Shown: positions 1-13,100 of the stretch, piece after piece
Numbering within the stretch: the first letter of the stretch is position 1
Layout of the letters: the number at the start of each line of letters is the position of its first letter
Assembly (NCBI GenBank): GCA_907165135.1
Contig: OU015569.1
Coordinates: 496,001-560,000, forward strand
From: Oikopleura dioica
Taxonomy: Eukaryota; Animalia; Chordata
Reading direction: 5' to 3'
Length of the DNA stretch: 64,000 nt
Position numbers and translations under genes: made by a program
The notes under the pieces: generated by a model
Databases searched by the model: none
What the model saw: the letters and a program-made list of their open reading frames with translations, nothing else
What the model was told of the DNA's origin: nothing

Positions 1-260
1 CCTGTCTATAAAACCTGAGTCAGGGTTATGAGACATCTTTAAAAAGCCGCATAGCGGCTTTTATAAAAACTAAGCCGCGCAGCTGGCTTCGCCAATTTCA
101 ATTTATTTTTTAATTCTAATACTAATAAAATTAAGAATTTAAAAAATAGATTAAAATTGTAATTTTGGCGAAGCGGCTTCGCGGCTCCGTTTTTATAATA
201 GCCGCTATGCGGCTTTTATTAAAGATGTTTCATAACCCTGACTCAGGTTTTCTAGACAGG
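1..260. mobile_element. MITE copy (long form with several GCCGC hairpins)
   Basis: CCTGTCTATAAAACCTGAGTCAGGG ... CCCTGACTCAGGTTTTCTAGACAGG inverted arms. Confidence 0.85.
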
Positions 261-320
261 TTTTCGAGCTTGTTAATTTTTAGAAACCGTTTTTATTTTT
301 ATGTTTTTCATGAATTATAG

Positions 321-1700
321 CTATTTTTCTTGTTTGATTTTTTTCTTGAAATCAAGGAAGAAAACACTCTTTTTTTGCGAGGAAGAAACTTTATTGCTTG
401 TTTCGTAAAATAAAAGTAAAATAGCGTTTTTTTGTGAAATAAAATAAGCTTTACTGAGTTTGAAATAAAAGTTGATTATCGTTTTAAGGCAGTTGATTTC
501 TCTCTTTTTCTCATTTTCTTCGGCTATTATCAAACGCGGTGGTCCTTGAAGTAGTGTCCGTGCAAACCTCGAGCCGCGGCTTTTTGGGTTTCGTTTTCTG
601 GAACTGTCACTGGGTCGAACGTATTTGGCAACTCTTTCAGCCACGAATTCACCTGAAAGATCATTCAAAATAATGCTAAGAGGGTCAGGAACAACGGAGA
701 TGGTCTGGGCCCAGGAAGCTGCGTTGAAAACCTGAGTCAGGGTCTGTAAACGAAGCGTCTTTGACAGAATTATTAGGCTTTGTTATAATTAAAGCCGCTA
801 CGCGGCTTTTCATTGGAGATTTTCCAGACCCTGACTCAGGTTTTCCACACAGGTTGCCGAGTCTTTGGGATGGTTTGTGGGGGTTCCTGAGGGGCTGGGC
901 TCGGCAACCTGTTTAGAAAACCTGAGTCAGAGTCACAGGAGCTGAAATGAAAAGCCGCAGAGCTAATATTCGCGGCTTTTCATTTCAGCTCTTGTGACCC
1001 TGACTCAGGTTTTCTACACAGGGTGCTGACCCCAGCTGGAGGGGGGAGTTTTGCTAGCCCGTGATTCGGTGGGAGCCCCCCCCCCCTCGTCTAGGAACCC
1101 TCCCTCGTTTTAGCCCTTTTGAGATAAATACTCTTCCTTGATTTCCTATTTTTTTGAACTCACTTTTTCGAGCGAGCGGCGGATAATTTTCTCATTTTCT
1201 GTCAAAGTAGCTTCTTCTTTGCAAAGCAATTTCGAGTTTCGCACTAGAAACGTTTCTTCTCTCAATTTTCAGGCCTTCCAAGCTCACCTTTTATCAGTTC
1301 GTTGCGGCGGTCTTCGACCGTGTCGGTCGAAAGCGAGCTTCTCATTGAGCTTTGAGTACACGAAGGACACTGCACCAGCTGAAAAACGGATGAAAAAGAG
1401 GAAAAAGAGGCGTTTTGCTCTTTTAGCGAAAAATCACGCGTCGAAGAGCTTTTTCAGGAGCATTTTCGAGGAGTCTTCTTCTTACCGAGGAGTTTACCCA
1501 AGTTTCAACATTTTCGTCGGTCACACTATCCGACAAAGGCCACTGGGAAGAATGATGAAGGGGAGGAGGAGGCGCTGCTCCTCCTCCTCGATGCGGGAGA
1601 CTCGTTCTGGACGGCGTCGAGGCTGACCACTGCGGATGATAGGTGGTTGATTGGCTGCGTTGAGTTAGTTTTTGGAATTTTGACTCCTGAAAGGTGCGTT
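321..1700 (-). CDS. Exons of an uncharacterised protein (approximate bounds)
   Basis: Phase-compatible exon chain ...DENVETWVNSSVRRRLLENAPEKALRR / LVQCPSCTQSS...RRNELIK / VRNSKLLCKEEATL...RRSLEK joined by GT-AG introns; no family recognised. Confidence 0.35.
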
Positions 1701-2794
1701 TTTGCGGTTTGGGCTAAGCAACCTGTGCACAAATCGTGAGTCAGGGTTCTGAAAAAGCTGCGGCTTTTAAGAAACAAAGCCGCGCTGCGGCTTCGCAAGA
1801 ATTTAATAAAACATGTAAATTATTTAGGTTATTTGGCGAATCCGCTTTGCGGCTTCGTTTTCAAAAAGCCGCTTTGCGGCTTTTTATTTAAGATGTTTCA
1901 GGCCCTGACTCAGGGTTATGGCACAGGCTGCCCAACTGAGCTTGACCATTCTAGCGCAAGGAGGTCAAAAATCTTATTCGTTAAAAAATTGGAAAAGCCG
2001 CTTGCGGCTTTTTCCGATAAAAAACAAGAAGCTTCGAGACACTCTATTAGTTTTTACGAATAATTTTAAAGCCGCTCGCGGCTTTTTCAATTCCTCTTTT
2101 CGAAATAAAAGAAGATAGTTTTGAATTCATTGGAGCTAACTTTGCCTTGATCTGAACCATGCGTTTCTGGAAGTAGGGCTGTTTTGCGGCTCGTGTTCTT
2201 AGACATAGGATCAAGGAGAGGAAATAGAAGTTAGCGAGGGGGCTAAAGCTGGCTTAGAAGGCCTGAGATCCGTTCCTGTAAATGACTGGAGTGGCGGCAG
2301 CGACTTTCGCCCTTTCGACTTGCCAAGCTTTATTGATCGATTAAAAAATAACGAAACGGCGCGGATTAGGCCCGCGGCCAAATTTACTCCCGCTTCCGGG
2401 GCGAAATTTCTCAGAAACCATCTGCCCCGCCCGCCCGGCGATTTATTGCCCATTAATTCCAAACCAACCCAAAACTCAAATCAATCTTCGAAAAAATTGT
2501 TAATCAGCCAAGGCGAAATCATTTCAAAATTATTTTTTTGAAAAAGCCTTAAATAAAAAGCCGCATGGCGGCTTTTCCATAAAAGAAGCCGCGAATATTA
2601 CCATTTTAATCTATTTTCGCATTCTGCCGAAGCCGCTTTGCGGCTTTGTTTTTCAAAAAAGCCGCTACGCTGCTTTTCATTTAAGCATTTTGGACCGAAA
2701 ATACTCAAACGGTTAATTTTATTATGAGAGATACTTTTGACTCGGCTTGGCGAAAACCTGTGAAGGAACCTGAGTCAGTTTCTGAAAAGCTTAA

Positions 2795-2854
2795 GGGTGT
2801 CCCCAACGATCGAGGCCGTTTTGGAATGTTTTGTTAAAATCGTTGGGGACACCC
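2795..2854. mobile_element. 60-bp TTAA-flanked mini-MITE (Kolobok-like) nested in the centre of a CTGGG-family MITE
   Basis: TTAA|GGGTGTCCCCAACGAT...ATCGTTGGGGACACCC|TTAA; a second 60-bp copy lies at 20676-20735. Confidence 0.75.
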
Positions 2855-5049
2855 TTAAACTTTTCATAACCTGACTCAGGTTCCTTCACAGGTTTTCGCC
2901 AAGCCGAGTCAAAATATCTCTCATAATAAAAATTAACCCTTTGAGTATTTTTGGTCCAAAATGCCCGCAAAAATTTTTTCTTTTACGAAAAAATAAGCAT
3001 TTTAATCGTTTCCTTTAGTCTTCTTAGCCAGCTGCCAGAGCTGCTGTTTTGCGATTCCGACTGTACTTTTCTGATTTTCTCTCTGTGTCCGAAGCTTAAC
3101 TCTTTGAGTCTCTGGAGCGCTTCCATCTTCTTTATCTTCTCGAAAATGAATAAAAAACGGATGGAAATTGAAAAGGGATGAAAAATAAAAAAGTTGCGCG
3201 GCGAGGACAATCCCCGATGGCGCTCCAAATCGACCCAAAAGAGAAAAATTAGAAAAAATGGCGACCAACCAGCTTCGAATCTGATTTTTATCGGCCGCTG
3301 ATTTTCAGAAGCTGATTTCTAAATTTCCCGAATCATTAAATTCACGCTTTATTTTGGCGATTCAATTCAAAGCAGCGGTTTTAAAATTTCAAAATGCAGT
3401 GAATTACTGTATTTTGAAATTTAATCAGCCCTTATTTGGATTTTATCTTTTTCATCATTTTCTTACTTAACTGTCAATTACAGTCTTGATAACAGACTCT
3501 GTAATGTTTCTTTATCTCTGCCCAAACCTGTGTAGAAATCCTGAGTCAGGGTCTGAATGAGCTTATCAGGAAAATTAGCCATTTGATAAATTCTGGCGAA
3601 GCCGCGAGTCTTTGCGGCTTCGCTCTTAAAAGCCGCTACGCGGCTTTTCATTTAAGCTTTTTCAGAACCCTGACTCAGGTTTCCGAGCCAAGCCCCCAAC
3701 TGACGCCATTTTATGCTCATTTTTATGCTATTTATTCGTCAATTTGGCATTCTAGAGAGCCAAAATCTGTAGATTGAAAGTAGGCCTTGAATGAGAGTAA
3801 AACCGCCGGAAGTGGGTCGTCTAATTCCCAAAAAAGGCAATTTACAGTCTTCGATTATTGGAGCGTGACTTCACGGGGCGTCCATTTCAATAGTCCCACA
3901 CTGGGAGGACTACATTCAAGTCAGCCTATTTACTAACTTGTCTGCACTTCAGTCTTCTTACAGGGCGCTGCAACCTGTTCGGAAACCGGAGCCAGGTCCT
4001 GACTGAAAATTCGCGGCTTCGTGTAAAAAAAGCCGCGGATTTTCATTTCAGATCGTAGAACACCCTGACTCAGGTCAGGTTATGTTGGGAAACCTGTGTA
4101 GGAGCCTGAGTTAGGGTCTGGAAGATCTAAAATCATTCAATTTGAGATCATTTAGACCCTGACTCAGGATTTTTACTCAGGTTGTCGAGCTCAGAAAACC
4201 TGAATCAGGGTCTGAAAATCCCTAATGAAAAGCCGCTACGCGGCTTTTTATTTAAGATCTTCCAGACCCTTACTCAGGTTTTTACACAGGCTCTCGAGGT
4301 CAGATTTATGGCGTGGGGTTCCCTTAATTATTCTTGCAACAAAATGAATGTCTAATTGTGAAATTCTGGCTGGAAAGCAGAACAATGAAAATATATTGGT
4401 CGATTATTGCGAAGGCGCTAATCCAGAGTGCTGAGCACATGCGCTGGCTCAACTCTTGTGACGCTGGATTTTGGAGAAACCACAAAAGTCGCGAAAAGTC
4501 GCCTGCGCTGCCAACGGTTCCAGATTCACCAGCACTATCTTTTTCGTAAAGAGAGACGAAGTTGATTTAAAAGCAAAATAAGGAAGTTCAAGAAAGCACA
4601 AAGAAGAAGGAGAATTTATGATGAATACGAATTCCAATAATTCCGGTAATTTTTAAAAATTGAAGACATAGAAGATTTGTGTGGGAAGCCTTGTGTGGGA
4701 AGCCTGTGTGGAAAACCTGAGTCAGGTTTTGAAAGACCTTTAATGAATAGCCGCTCAGCGGCTTTGCTAGTATTTGAAAATTGTTGAATATTAAACCTGA
4801 CTCAGGTTGTCGAGCCCTGTGTAAAAACCTGAGTCCTGGAAGAGCTTAAATCTCGAACACAAAGTATTTTTAAATTCAGCGGCTTCTTTTTTAAGTAAGC
4901 CGCTGCGCGGCTTTTGGTTATAGCTCTCTCGGGACCCTGACTCAGGTTTTTACACAGGTCGCCCACGAAGGATTGCAGAAAAATGACTTATTTTTTAGAA
5001 ATATTTCAAATATGATTTCAAATAATTTTCTTACTGAATATTTTAAAAT

Positions 5050-5790
5050 TAATTCAGACAGTACTGCAAACACTGAATCTCTTCTGGCGGACGCACAGGC
5101 GCAGCTGGCTGCAATTTCGTCGAAGCTGTCTACCAGACTCGCTGGCTCGCGCGCAGTAGTGGATCGGCTGAAAGATGAATTTTCCGGTAAAACCATCAAA
5201 ATTTTTTCACGCGCCAATCATTTTTAGAAATCGACCTCAAGCGCGAAGATGACGTTTATATGGAGGAGATGAAGGATTACGATTATACCTGCAGAATTAA
5301 GGAAGCGATCAAACTATCAGTCAATTCTTGGAAACGCTTTATTTTCTGAGCTCGGCAACCTGTGTAGAAAACCTGAGTCAGGGTCTGAAAGGTCTCAAAT
5401 GAAAAGCCGCACTGCGGCTTTTTCACAAACGAAGCCGCTTTGCGGCTTTGAATTTTAAAAGCCGCTATGCGGCTTTTCATTTGAGACCTTTCAGACCCTG
5501 ACTCAGGTTTTCTACACAGGTTGCCGAGTGAGACTTGAATGATTGATCCCTGGTTGAGCCACTAGAATTACCAGAAATAGACCTCTGTAAGTAGCTGCTA
5601 ATCTCTCTCCTTCTTTTGATCATGTAAATTCAGCGATATTGGACGAGCCGGGCCCTTACGACAAGCCCAAGCGAAAGAGCACCTTCAACCCCGAACTGGC
5701 TGACAGCCTCAATCCAAACAAGGCGGCCGAAGTCGAGCAAGAAATGGGCAGGGCCAAGGATGGACTCAAGAAAGTTGGATCGCCCGATTT
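5050..5790 (+). CDS. Exons of an uncharacterised protein (approximate bounds)
   Basis: Coding-like segments NTESLLADAQAQLAAISSKLSTRLAGSRAVVDRLKDEFS / EIDLKREDDVYMEEMKDYDY / DEPGPYDKPKRKSTFNPELADSLNPNKAAEVEQEMG. Confidence 0.35.
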
Positions 5791-6307
5791 GAAAAAGGAA
5801 ACGGGCTTTTTGATTTCAAGTCAAAGCTGTTCTCGGCTCGGCAACCTGTGTAGATATCCTGAGTCAGGATCTGAAAGAGCGGAGATGAAAAGCCGCACTG
5901 CGGCTTCTTTAATAACGAAGCCGCAAAGCGGCTTTGCTAGAATCTCAAATTAGATAAAAAAGCCGCTACGCGGCTTTTCATTGATTCCGGACCCTGGCTC
6001 AGGATTTCTACACAGGTTTTTGAGTCTTGAGGCTTAAAACATCACTTTTACGATGAGTAGTGAGAAAGCCACTGAAAGAAATTCGCGGAGAGCAATTCTA
6101 GTGCGCCTGCTTTTGCGATGCCAGTTTTGCGAAAAACCAGCCGAAAACTCAACTAGACTTTTTGATATTCTGTTTACCCTATTTCTTTGTAAGAAAGCTT
6201 TCGCCATTTTCAAATTCAAATTCAAATTCGAAATTTCAAATAAATATTCAAAAATTTTATCCAACAAAATTGACAACAACAACGACTTGTTTTGAAAATT
6301 TGAATTT

Positions 6308-7510
6308 TTATTTTTTCATCTTTTTGTGAAAATTAAAAGATTCGATTTTGCAGATTTGGAAATACTTTTTCACCAAAAATTTTTCAAGCGCAGTGTCGAA
6401 AAAAGTAGCGATTCTTTGGAGCGGGAAAGTGAGGATTTCATGTTCGTATCCGGCCTTTGTGTAGAACTGACGAGCTGCGGTTTGGGGGCTGGAAGCGTCG
6501 AACATCACGTGGGAGACTTTTTCCCTTCGCGCGAGTTTTTCCAAGTGCTCTGAAATCAGGTTATTTTTTCATGCTCGGCTCGGCAAAACTTGAGTCAGGG
6601 TCTGAAAGATCTCTGAAGAAAAGCCGCATAGGTCTCCTAGACCCTGACTCAGGTTTTCTCACTTTCCTTGCTTACCTAGAAGAGCTCTGGCGATACCTTT
6701 CTTCCTGTGATTTGGGCACACGCTCATCGAAAACATAATCCAAGTTTTTCCGCCCAAAACTTCGCCCTTCAAAATACCTCTTTTTCCTGATAAAAAAGAG
6801 CCTCACCTTGAAGGTTTCTTCCTTTTCGGACTCGACATAAACAATCGTCCCAATCACATTATCCGGTTCTTCTTCAGTCGTCGCGACGAGAAACCTCTTC
6901 CCGTGATTTTCTCAATGTCGAGCATGTCTTCTCGCCATTTGACGTAGCTGTGGCCGACGTATTTGGAGAAGCCCTTGAGACAGGCGAACCAGAAAAGACA
7001 GACGAAGATGAGGATATTATTGCCTTCTTCTGGAGTTTTGAAGAAACCGAGGAAGAATAAGAGCAGCTGGAGGAGGAAGGGAAACATGATGAGTTCTGTG
7101 CAGCGGACGGACCATTCGAACTGAACAATTAGTAATTGTCAATTACTGTCATATTCTTTATATGGGGTCCCGATTATAATAGGAAAATGGGGCCCTGATT
7201 TAACGGGGGCTCGGCAACCTGAGTCAGGGTCAGAAAAATCGGCTTCGCAAAAATACAAAAATAGACTGAAGAATTAATTTAGCGATGCGGCTTTGCGGCT
7301 TCGATTTAAAAAAAGCCGCGGCTTTTCATTAAAGATTTCTGAGACCCTGACTCAGGTTTTCCTCACAGGTTGCCGAGCCCCGGTTAAACCAGGGCCCCAT
7401 TTTATTCCGAAACTTACGAGTCCCTGACTCCAGTCCACTGCCATCCCATATTTCCATGTTTTATAAGCGCTTTCCTGGTCTTTCTTTTCGAATTCTCTGA
7501 TAACAAGCAT
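6308..7510 (-). CDS. NAT8/camello-like GNAT N-acetyltransferase (4 exons; one frameshift at T4 run 6907-6910)
   Basis: MLVIREFEKKDQES N-terminus, hydrophobic segment, DMLDIE, acetyl-CoA motif SVCPNHRKKGIARALL, and C-terminal QTAARQFYTKAGY; GT-AG introns. Confidence 0.8.
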
Positions 7511-8013
7511 CTTTAAATTCTGCAAGTTTCCAGCTGCAAAATTGAACGGTCAATGTTTCCTGTCAAATATTTGAAATAAAAAAACGGAACAGAAAATCGT
7601 ACTTATGCTGGGTTTACGACACTCCCTCATAAAATTTGGCAATCTGATCAATCTAAATCGACCATGAAGCCCATGATGATGTTCTTTTTTGATCTGTGAT
7701 CATTCAGGCATTTTACTGGACTTTTGATTTCTTAGCAGATTCTCAGTGGAAAGGAGTTGTTCTCCAGAAGTAATTTGCGGTTAACTACGGTTACCTAGAT
7801 TACAGAAAATCCAGTTGAGGCTGCCTCTTTCAGGCAAAATACTGTCCTTCGTTAAAATTAACTTGCTGCAGCAAAACGCAAAAAGAAAAGACTATAGATA
7901 AGTTAAGACTATGAAGACTAAGACTAAGACTAAGTTAGACTAAGATAGTTGTTTAGGAAGGGAGTCTAATTTATGTTTCTTTGTCATTTTGGTTACAAAA
8001 GCTCAATTCTTAT

Positions 8014-8366
8014 CCCCTTTTTATACGAAAAATATCAACCGAGGGCGCTCTTTTCGGCGAAAAAGGGGTGAAATCTCAGTTGGATATTTGCAAAACGCTC
8101 GTTTTTTTATGACTTCTGAAGATCTTATGATACCCTAGCTCCGAGCAAACAGTGAAGTAGGCCTGCTAAATACTCCTATCCTACTTTTACTCTTATCAGA
8201 TTTGCTCTTACAAAACTTACCCGCAATTATTGGACCACTTGGCATGTTCAATCCAGACGTCGTCGTCGGCTTCCCAAGAATGCAGCGTCGTGCTGCAGTG
8301 AAAACACTTTGTCGCGTCGTTTCTGTAAACTGGATTTTCTTGATTTGCTCCTGGCAGTTGATGGGT
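8014..8366 (-). pseudogene. Orphan duplicate of the IAP BIR2 exon (5'-truncated) plus downstream intron
   Basis: Aligns to 12413-12762 and encodes THQLPGANQENPVYRNDATKCFHCSTTLHSWEADDDVWIEHAKWSNNCG followed by GTAAG. Confidence 0.75.
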
Positions 8367-8371
8367 CCGCT

Positions 8372-8508
8372 TCGCAACACAATCACTATTATCTATATTA
8401 TATTCTCTTATAATATAGATATATATCTATATAGAATATTATATTATTATCAATATAATATAATATATTACATTCTAAATTATATAGATAATAGTGATTG
8501 TTTTGCGT
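8372..8508. repeat. AT-rich hairpin element abutting the orphan BIR exon
   Basis: CGCAACACAATCACTATTATCTATA ... TATAGATAATAGTGATTGTTTTGCG inverted arms around TA-rich sequence. Confidence 0.6.
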
Positions 8509-8892
8509 CTATTTATTTTAGCTCTTCAGAACCTCGCTCAGGTTTTTTACACAGGTTGCCGAGCCTGTGATTAGGATTAGAGTTTAGCTGTTAGACAAGA
8601 AATGAAAGGATATTTTTGACTAAAAATTGTTGTTTTTTGGTAAGAGCAATTTCCTCTCCCGTTCATTTTTTGTTTAATTTTTATTATAAAATTTGTGACA
8701 TGAATAATGGAAAATGAATTATCGAGAAAATGAAACATTAGTTTATATATAGGCTTCGTCAGTGGAATCCGAAAACGACTATTGAATGAAGGTTTGCCTC
8801 TGATTTTCCTGAATGATTTTTATCACAAATGATTGTTGACTGTAATAATAAAATGAATCGCAAGAAGAGGTATCGGCATCCTCCAAAGTTAA

Positions 8893-9553
8893 GGAGGGGG
8901 TCGACGAGAAAATTTTTTTCGCTTTTTCAAAATTTTGGTTATATTTTTGGATTCCTTAATAAAAAAGGAACATTTTTGTTCTCTAGCTCTTTGGGCATTG
9001 ACTAACTTTTTTTAACAAAATCTTCGATTTTGTGTCTGAAATTCGAGATTTTACAAAATTTTAAAGTTGGTTATTTCACCCAAAAACAATCTTAATCCGA
9101 TTTTTATTCACTAGATATTGTTTTTGAATGGTTTTCTTATCATTATCAGTAAAAAATTTCGAGTCTCGGCGCTTTTGGTAAAATTCTCCGTGAAAAATGA
9201 GCAAAAATGACGATTTTTAGGAAAATCGCATATTTTTAGTAAACAGAAAAATTTTTTTATATAAAAGCAGCCCGTTTTATATTGTCGCCGCTGTATTTTT
9301 GAGGGTTTCAACTTACTATTTATTTAATTAGACGAAGAAAAAAAAAATCCCGTTTTCGAGATTTTTTGGTTACGAGTAACCCCCACTTTGACCCAATTTT
9401 TTGAAAATTTTTTCGAAAAAATTTTTTTTCTAGTTTTCGCCACTGTATTTTTCAAACACTTTTCTTTCCACCTGAAAAGTCAGAATTCGCCTATCTAAGC
9501 AGGTTTTTCCGGATTTTTGGTTACAGAAATCCCGATTCTCGTCGACCTCCCCC
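8893..9553. mobile_element. TTAA-flanked non-autonomous element (Kolobok-like, RR termini)
   Basis: TTAA|GGAGGGGGTCGACGAGAA ... TTCTCGTCGACCTCCCCC|TTAA. Confidence 0.7.
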
Positions 9554-10163
9554 TTAACTCCCTGCAATAAAAGACAAAAAGAAAAGACTGTCTTTTCTCT
9601 CATCAAAAAGAGTCAGAACCAGTCGTTGTTGATTTCAGTTCCTGTGTTTGAATAAATTTATTTACAGCGGTCAAAAAGTTGAAAAGAAGAAGAATGTCAA
9701 AAGAGTGAATTTGAGCAAAATAAAAAAGTTGGCGCAGCCAACACAAGTGTTGTGTCTTTGTAATATCATGTCATGAATATCATTATTTTCATTTTTTATT
9801 TTGAGTTTTGGGCTCTCCGGGCTTTTAGAAAAATGAACTCTTATTTACAAATTTATAAATTCTGGGAATTTTCATTCAAAATTGTCTGATTAGCTCTCGG
9901 CAACTTGTGTAAAAAACCTGAGTCAGGGTTAAGCTGAAAAAGCCTAAATGCAGCGGCTTTTTTAGACCCTGACTCAGGTTTTTTACACAGATTGTCGAGA
10001 ATCCAAATCTCTGTTTTCAGAATAAAAAACAGCTACTTTTTTTACCGGAGTGAGTCTTTTTTTTTTCTTTTATTAGTAAGTTATTTAAAAAAAAAACCGG
10101 ATTGAGCATTTGGCCTTATTTTTTTTATCAGAGGGAGCTTGAAGAAGATTTTTTAACACGGAT

Positions 10164-13100
10164 TTAGGAGATGAACGCGTCGAGACGATACTTGACTTCT
10201 GCTCGACAAACGGGGCATCTATCTTCGGGCAGCTTCTTAGCACACTCCGGACAGCACTAGAAAAGGCTTAAGGGGAGGAAGGGAAGAGAGGGCTTACCGA
10301 TATGTGGTGGCAAGGCAGGAACATCACGGAGGAACGGGCGTTCATGCAAACTTGATTTATTTTCAACAATTTTCGCGATTGAAATCAGCAAGGAGAGGGG
10401 TTACACTTAGGGCTTTCTAGTGTTTACTTTGTCAAGGGAAAACACAAAACGCCAATAAGGTTGTCTTTTGGAGAGGAAATTGATGAATCATACAATTTAT
10501 AGAAAATAAAATTGAAAAAAAAACTTTTTTAAATGAAGACTGAAGTGAAATCATCCATAAACTGGCCATAAATTTTTAAAGTATTATTACTGTTGAATAA
10601 ATGAATAAATTATAAAGCTTGTTGAATGGTTTTAATCAATTGGAGACCTGGAATCTATCATTTTATCCCGACAATATTCGCAGGCAATTCTTGAAAACTG
10701 TCCTTTGCACTCGAGAATCTGCAGGAGCTGTTGATATCCAGTCGTGTAGTTTGCCGGAGTCGCGGGCGGAAGAGGATCCGAAGGCCGCTCCAAATTTGCG
10801 GTGATGATTTCTGCTTGAATAGTTTCTTCGCTCTGGCGAAACTGGCGCGGAGACGGCACCATTTGGTGGAATCTTGAATCATCATCCAGTAATCTGCTTC
10901 GAAGGATGAGAAATGTTACATAACCCCACGCATGATCACGATTATTAAAAAAAAGGATGGACGAAAAGGAGGTTTTCTAGTAGAGGGAAAATCGGGAGAC
11001 GCTCGGTTAGAATACCAATTGGTATTCAAATACCAATTTTTGGTATTCAAATACCAATTTTGGTATTCAAATACCAATTTTGGTATTCAAATACCAAATT
11101 CGCCAAAGAATACTAATTTCGCCCGCCAAAAAATTTGAGTGTGCGCTCCGCGCCTGTTTTTTAGGAAGCTCTAGAGGTGATTTACATGTTTTTCAGGGAA
11201 AAAAATTGTTTCCGCTAGAAAAAATTGGTATTCAAATACCAATTTTTGGTATTCAAATACCAAAAATTTTTGGTATTCTAACCGAGCGCCCCCGGGAAAA
11301 TCCCTTCGAACAGGGATTTGATCTCTTACTGTAACTTACGGTACTTGGCCCTGCAACCTGTGTAGAATAGTATTCTAAGAATACCTGAGTCAGGGTCTGT
11401 TAAACCCCGACTCAGGTTTTCTACACAGGCTGCCGAGCCTAGGTACTGAGTCAGGGTGAAGAGTTTTGATGAAAAGCCGCATAGGTCACCTGACTCAGGT
11501 TTTTCACACAGGGCCTGTGTCACAGGTTGATGAGCAAAGTTACAGTAAGTAAGATCAATATCCTTCACTTTCACTTTTTGTTAGTTTGATGCCCAATGAT
11601 GCTACTTTTTTCACCGATGAAGAGAATAAGAAAGAGATGAAATTCGCCAAGTTAAGAAAGAGTTACTGTAATGGTTACTGTTAAAAGGAATGTTAAAATT
11701 GTTAAAATTCATGAATTCAAGATCGAATTATGCATATCATTCATTTTCACGGCACTATGTTTTTAGTCAAGCAATCGAGCAAGTCGCAACTGACTAAAAA
11801 CGAAAGAAAAGACCACCAAAAAGGGTACGTACCGAACGGGCAAAAACTGATCACTTATTCGCATTTCTCGCCCGGTTCTGAACTGCTCTTCGCGCCAGAT
11901 GTCAGCCGTTGCTGGGCGCGTGACTGGTGGGTTGTGCAAGTGCACGAATTCCAGGCCTTTTGAGGCGATCAGGAAGCTAGAAACGGTTGTTTAGGAAGGG
12001 AGTCTTTCACTTTGAAAAAGTTTCCAAAATCTTATTTCCTGAAATCAAAGGAGACATTGAAGGGTTATTTTGATGGAAGATTTATTAAAACTGATAAAGA
12101 AGGAGATATGAATTTAAAGTTTGCTGTAAAAGTTTCATTTTATTTTTCTCGACATTTTTTGTTTTAAATTTAGACTCCGTGGCCTACTCTAATGATTATG
12201 ATAACATTTTTAGGTTCAGTTTCATTTTATGATTTTGAGCAGCATACGAATTTTTAATCATTGAAATTTCTATAGCGATGAACGATCCAAATGATTTTCA
12301 TTTTCTAACTTTTTTTTTCTTGATAGGTTAAATATTCATCGTTGCTTTACATTTCCAAACCACGGTAAAATAAGGTTCATTTTATTCTTTTTATGATAAC
12401 TGAATCAAATCTCCCTTTTTATACGAAAAATATCAACCGAGGGCGCTCCTTTCGCTGAAAATGCGGTCAAATCTCAGTAGGAAATGAAAAAACGCTCGTT
12501 TTTATGACTTCTGAAGATCTTACGATACCCTAGCTCCGAGCAAACAGTAAAGTAGGCCTGCTCAATACTCCTATCCTACTTTTCATCTTATCTTATTTGA
12601 TCTAACTCAAACTTACCCGCAATTATTAGACCACTTGGCATGTTCAATCCAGACGTCGTCGTCGGCTTCCCAGGAATGTAGCGTCGTGCTGCAGTGAAAA
12701 CACTTTGTCGCGTCGTTTCTGTAAACTGGATTTTCTTGATTCGCTCCTGGCAGTTGATGGGTTCGCATTTCTCGCCCGCCGACAAAGTGGAACCCCGCGC
12801 TCGCTAAAGATTTGTCAAATTTATTCACTTTCAACTAGTTCCTGGATTCTGAAAAGTCGAGAAGCTGCTTTCGGCTTCGAGCTAACAGAAGAAAAATAGC
12901 CGCGCAAAGCGCGGCCATAATACTAGTTTCTCGAAGCCTGGGCTGAGCAACCTGTTCAGAAACCTGAGTCAGGGTCCTGTAAAGGCTCGAATTAAAGCTC
13001 TTTAAGCACCCTGACTCAGGGTTTACACAGGTTGCTCAGCTTGAGCTGAAGGCTTCAATTTTGTAGCCGCGCCTTGTGCGGCTTTTTTATTAATAAGCTC

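Noticed and set aside
11019-11280. Palindromic 20-bp repeats resembling a CRISPR array
   Set aside because: Units are directly adjacent with no unique spacers, lie inside an inverted-repeat element in a eukaryotic intron, and no cas genes are present
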